Under the pieces are notes generated by a model. That model was not told where the DNA came from. It worked only from the letters and a program-made list of their open reading frames with translations, and ran no database searches. From a virus: a DNA stretch of 64,000 nt. Of the stretch, positions 60,516-64,000 are shown one piece after another (the first letter of the stretch is position 1; each line of letters begins with the position of its first letter). Both the position numbers and the translations under genes were made by a program. Location: the IMG/VR virus record IMGVR_UViG_3300045988_159115, one strand, 5' to 3'.

Positions 60516-61745
60516 TCAAACAAAAATTGCGTTATTCCTAGAATCAATAAAGCGAGTGTGATAAATCATAGTACCTGTGTGAGGAATCCTCTCAACCAGA
60601 ACCATATAGTTCCATACGATATGCTTCTTATAGTTGGATACCACCCAGATAGCGTTCCGAATATGTCGAGGATCCTCATCAGGATATTCTGTATCATGAA
60701 GAGAGGATTCGATTACGTCATAGTCTTCTCCAAGATATTCTTTTACGACAGCCTTGAACGTCTCGAAGCTGGAGAATGGATACTGGGTAATAGAAATTTC
60801 CTCAGAGTATTCTTTGTTGGAAACCTCTGTACCGACAGGAATATCATCGCCATACACATCTTTAATCTGATAAATATTATGCCATTTATCAGAAACGATA
60901 TTTGTGATAGGATCAAGGACCCTGTGCTTCTTCGGAATAACACTCTTTGCGATAGGATACTTTGTCTCGCAGATGGGATAGGTGTGATACAGTTCCCCAT
61001 CACTCATCACGTAAATACCAGTAACGGTGAACGGCGTGTATTTGCAGAATCCATCAAATGCACCAGTGAAGAGATTTGTGGATTCATTGACGTTGATCGC
61101 TCGGCAATTGTGACCGTTAAAGAGATAATTATCGTTCCTTAACTTTGATGTGCTACGTCCGACGAGAAAACAAATTACTTTTGCAGCATTCTCATATGAT
61201 GTGAATGTCATCTGATGAATGGAATCAATGAATCTCCATGAACCACTCTTGGACACTCGGAAGATATCGTTTGCACCAAAGGAGCAATAATATCCATCGG
61301 TATTTCCGTTGATAAGGATTCCTTTTCGATGAGGTTTCGTTCCCTCAATATCGGTATCCCTTCGCATGAACATGATGAAGTATCCGCTTCGATCATCCCC
61401 AATAATATGAGCAGTGAATTCAAGATCACCGTCTTCATATAGATAGTGCCCTTTCTCGACACTAAAAAAGTCATGTGGATTTCGATCTGTTCTTAATTCA
61501 CTTGCGAAATGAACAGCAAACCGACGAATTGCAAGATCACATTCGTCTTTTGATTCGAATATCATATCCTCAAAAGGATTATATTCTGTGATAGGATTCT
61601 CGAGATCAGGTTTTTCATCATTACCGGATTCTTCACTGAATCCGTCTTCTTTGTATTGAAGAGATAAGATATTTCCCCAATTATCTCGTTTAAATTTCAA
61701 ATGCGGGGTTACTGGTTCCAATATAATCTTTTCTTCAGCAACCAT
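60516..61745 (-). CDS. hypothetical protein (409 aa), possibly a distant member of the same family
   Basis: SD AGGAGGT. An AT-rich TTTATATTAT element lies upstream and a hairpin at 60456-60506 lies downstream. Confidence 0.65.
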   Translation of the reverse strand: MVAEEKIILEPVTPHLKFKRDNWGNILSLQYKEDGFSEESGNDEKPDLENPITEYNPFEDMIFESKDECDLAIRRFAVHFASELRTDRNPHDFFSVEKGHYLYEDGDLEFTAHIIGDDRSGYFIMFMRRDTDIEGTKPHRKGILINGNTDGYYCSFGANDIFRVSKSGSWRFIDSIHQMTFTSYENAAKVICFLVGRSTSKLRNDNYLFNGHNCRAINVNESTNLFTGAFDGFCKYTPFTVTGIYVMSDGELYHTYPICETKYPIAKSVIPKKHRVLDPITNIVSDKWHNIYQIKDVYGDDIPVGTEVSNKEYSEEISITQYPFSSFETFKAVVKEYLGEDYDVIESSLHDTEYPDEDPRHIRNAIWVVSNYKKHIVWNYMVLVERIPHTGTMIYHTRFIDSRNNAIFV

Positions 61746-61819
61746 TATTTTTTACCTCCTATTTGGAAAAATAATATAAATAAGTGTCGGTTGTCAAATA
61801 ATAAGCGAGAGCTTTATAC

Positions 61820-61837
61820 AAACGACAAGTTAGTAAT
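61820..61837 (+). promoter_or_regulatory. ACA-N6-TAAT motif (AAACGACAAGTTAGTAAT)
   Basis: 33 nt upstream of 61870. Confidence 0.45.
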
Positions 61838-61869
61838 GCTTTATTTTAATACTGAAAGGAGTTATACTC

Positions 61870-63204
61870 ATGGATTATGTATCTATGAAGATGTCAATCT
61901 ATGAAAACTATGCAAATGGTAAGCTGACACAGGAAAACGCTCGTCAGCTGATTGGCGTCTTGAATAGTAACTACGGCAACACCCTCGTACAAGAGATGGT
62001 GGACGCTGAGAATGAGTTTATGATGAACAGCGTCCACGCCGCATATGAAAGTTCTGGCGTAGACGCTCTTTATGAAGCAAGTGAAACATTTGGCCAGAAG
62101 GTTGCTAAGATCTGGGAAAATTTCAAGAAGTGGATCAAAGGTATCATTGATGCCATTCTTGGTCGTAAGAAGGAAGTTCCTGATAATTCTAAGGTGACTG
62201 TGAAGAAGGGCCTTCCGAAAGCAATGGATGATCTTCTTACACAGGTAAAGAAGCTTAAGAGCGCAAAGGGTACTGTTGCAATTGGCGCAGCAGTTGCCGG
62301 TGTTATTGGAGCGACAGCTGTTGTTAAGAAGCTGAAAGGCAAGCCTTCTAAAGGCGACGCTACTGAAGAGATTAATGCAGCAGCGTTAGCTAATAAAGCA
62401 GAAGACGTTGCTAAAAATGCAGCAGACCCGCCTAAAGTTGAAACTCCGCCTGCTGCTCCTCAAGGCCAATCTTCGGAACAAAAAAAAACAACCGATCCGA
62501 AGTCTGGAGAAGATCAGGTAACGCCTTCTAAGATCATTAGTTCTGTTACAGGCGCAGCAAATGTTGCTGACGACGTTAGTAAACAGGCCACCGCATCTTC
62601 TCCTGAGCATACTGAAAGCTCAACTGATCTTAAGAAGCTTTTTGTTAAATTTAATAAAAATGGTGGTCTTTACGATCTAGATGATGATGCAAAATATCTT
62701 GGGAGGCTGAGCTATAGTGCTCTAAAGACATATGCTGACTATGATCCTGAAAACAAGATATATTGTAATAAAACCAGAAAGACCGCCCAAAACATTATTG
62801 ATGGCTACATACGTAATTGCGGTGGTGAACCTTATACAAACCCTATAAACGATTATCGCAAAGAGTATCATGACATTCTTTATCAAGAATATCCGGATAC
62901 TCCTGAAGGTGACGAAAAGCTTCGTTCAGATCTCGTTGGCCGTAATGGAAAAATAATGTCAATTATGAAAGATTTGGAGGCTAGGTATAATAAAGTAAAT
63001 TCTCAGGTTAGTGAGCGTAATCTGGAGAACTACAAGCGCCTCTACATACCAGACTGGTCCACACAAGCTGCTACTGCTACTGCTGGAGTTTATGTTAACT
63101 GCCGAGATCTTGTATTCCATATTAGTGGATTCTGGTATGCTCTTGAAGGTAGATGCCACAAAACACCCTACAATGCGAATGGAATTTATTTTATAAAAAA
63201 ATAA
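61870..63204 (+). CDS. hypothetical protein (444 aa), paralog of the next gene
   Basis: SD AAAGGAG; ACA-N6-TAAT motif at 61820-61837. The N-terminal IYENYANGKLTQENARQLI and KIWENFKKWI are shared with 63228-. Confidence 0.65.
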   Translation: MDYVSMKMSIYENYANGKLTQENARQLIGVLNSNYGNTLVQEMVDAENEFMMNSVHAAYESSGVDALYEASETFGQKVAKIWENFKKWIKGIIDAILGRKKEVPDNSKVTVKKGLPKAMDDLLTQVKKLKSAKGTVAIGAAVAGVIGATAVVKKLKGKPSKGDATEEINAAALANKAEDVAKNAADPPKVETPPAAPQGQSSEQKKTTDPKSGEDQVTPSKIISSVTGAANVADDVSKQATASSPEHTESSTDLKKLFVKFNKNGGLYDLDDDAKYLGRLSYSALKTYADYDPENKIYCNKTRKTAQNIIDGYIRNCGGEPYTNPINDYRKEYHDILYQEYPDTPEGDEKLRSDLVGRNGKIMSIMKDLEARYNKVNSQVSERNLENYKRLYIPDWSTQAATATAGVYVNCRDLVFHISGFWYALEGRCHKTPYNANGIYFIKK

Positions 63205-63227
63205 AAAACGAAAGGAATGTGATCTAA

Positions 63228-64000
63228 ATGAATACTGATCTCAGGTTATTCATTTATGAGCAGTATGGAAATGGTCAAATTGATCGTGATACTGCTCGTG
63301 CACTTATTTCCAGAATTTCTGGACCCGAATATTACGAGCGAGCATATCTGAATGCAATGGCTGAAATTGATACAGCCGAATCTGCATTCATGGAATCTGC
63401 TCTTGACTATGCGAACGGATATGCTGACCAGTTTACCTTTGAGGCTCAAGCGGAAACTCTTAGTCAGAAGATCGGCAATGCTTGGAAAACCTTTAAGAAG
63501 TGGGTTTCTGAGATGTGGGATAAGCTTCTTAAATTCCTTGGTATTCGTAAGACTGAGGACGATAAAATCGGAATGGAAAAGAAGCATTTTGATCTTCTTG
63601 GTACAATTGATAAGGGACTCAAGAGTGCTTTGTCTCATATCACAAAGAACGATAAAGACTTTAAGAAAGTCAGTGATGATAAGAAAGGCGAGATTGAGTC
63701 CACTCTTGATGATAATCCTGGCTTCATTGAACTTCTCAAGATCGCCGCTCTCATTGGCGCCGTCAAGTTTACTTCTTATAAAAAGAAGAAAAAGAACTTA
63801 AGAGATATCGGCCACGATATTGTGTGGGTCACACGTGATAAGATCTACAGCACGTGCGATTCGATCAAGGATACTGTAGATAAACTTCTTGTCACAGCAG
63901 ATAGCTGGGATGGTAAGTTTGCATCAAAGCTGTCTACAGTTCTTCATAAAATTCTTGGTTGGATTTCAAAGCTTCCCTCGGCATTTACTATCCCTGAGGA
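63228..64000 (+). CDS. hypothetical protein, paralog of 61870-63204; 3' end outside window
   Basis: ATG after AAAGGAA. The frame is open to the window edge. It carries FIYEQYGNGQIDRDTARALI and NAWKTFKKWV. It is absent from the ORF track because no stop is reached. Confidence 0.6.
   Translation, partial: MNTDLRLFIYEQYGNGQIDRDTARALISRISGPEYYERAYLNAMAEIDTAESAFMESALDYANGYADQFTFEAQAETLSQKIGNAWKTFKKWVSEMWDKLLKFLGIRKTEDDKIGMEKKHFDLLGTIDKGLKSALSHITKNDKDFKKVSDDKKGEIESTLDDNPGFIELLKIAALIGAVKFTSYKKKKKNLRDIGHDIVWVTRDKIYSTCDSIKDTVDKLLVTADSWDGKFASKLSTVLHKILGWISKLPSAFTIPE

Overview
The window is a gene-dense, AT-rich segment (about 75 ORFs) of a large tailed dsDNA phage. It looks like a jumbo-type myovirus that encodes its own split multisubunit RNA polymerase.

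Recognisable genes:
- Replication, repair and lysis: LigA C-terminus, Rad50/SbcC-like ATPase, SF2 helicase, MazG-like protein, and an M15 endolysin with a PG-binding domain.
- Transcription: an RNAP beta N-terminal fragment, plus a beta C-terminal fragment and a beta-prime fragment.
- DNA polymerase: a family-B polymerase ORF that carries only the exonuclease motifs and motif A.
- Virion: tail sheath and tube, TerL, fibre-like proteins, an HExxH peptidase, a capsid module (acidic scaffold-like protein plus MCP candidate) and a portal candidate.
- Nucleotide metabolism: DHFR, a P-loop kinase and ThyA.
- Other: two LRR-like proteins.

Most other ORFs are hypothetical, and several form tandem paralog families. 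SD sites are strong (AGGAGG-like) and almost every operon ends in a long hairpin.

Two promoter-like motif families organise the window:
- An AT-rich 12-13-mer (TTATATATTATA or ATGATATATTATA) occurs in 14 oriented intergenic copies.
- ACA-N6-TA(AT) occurs in at least 16 copies, 25-75 nt upstream of structural and replication genes. It resembles, from memory, the AACA(N6)TW promoter of the AR9 non-virion RNAP.

Most interesting observations:
1. 52315-52625: a stand-alone promoter / structured RNA / terminator unit with no ORF. A perfect 24-bp clamp encloses a GC-richer 145-nt core.
2. 52772-53784: a compositionally atypical divergent gene pair. Its roughly 280-bp control region is packed with hairpins, including a duplicated 29-nt palindrome carrying a compensatory base-pair change.
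3. Split RNAP and split DNA polymerase genes.
4. A paralog pair in which one copy needs a -1 shift at an A6 run.
5. An orphan AT-rich promoter copy (interpreted as early) firing antisense into the tail genes.

No CRISPR array, tRNA, transposase or integrase was found by eye. All homology calls rest on remembered motifs, not on searches.
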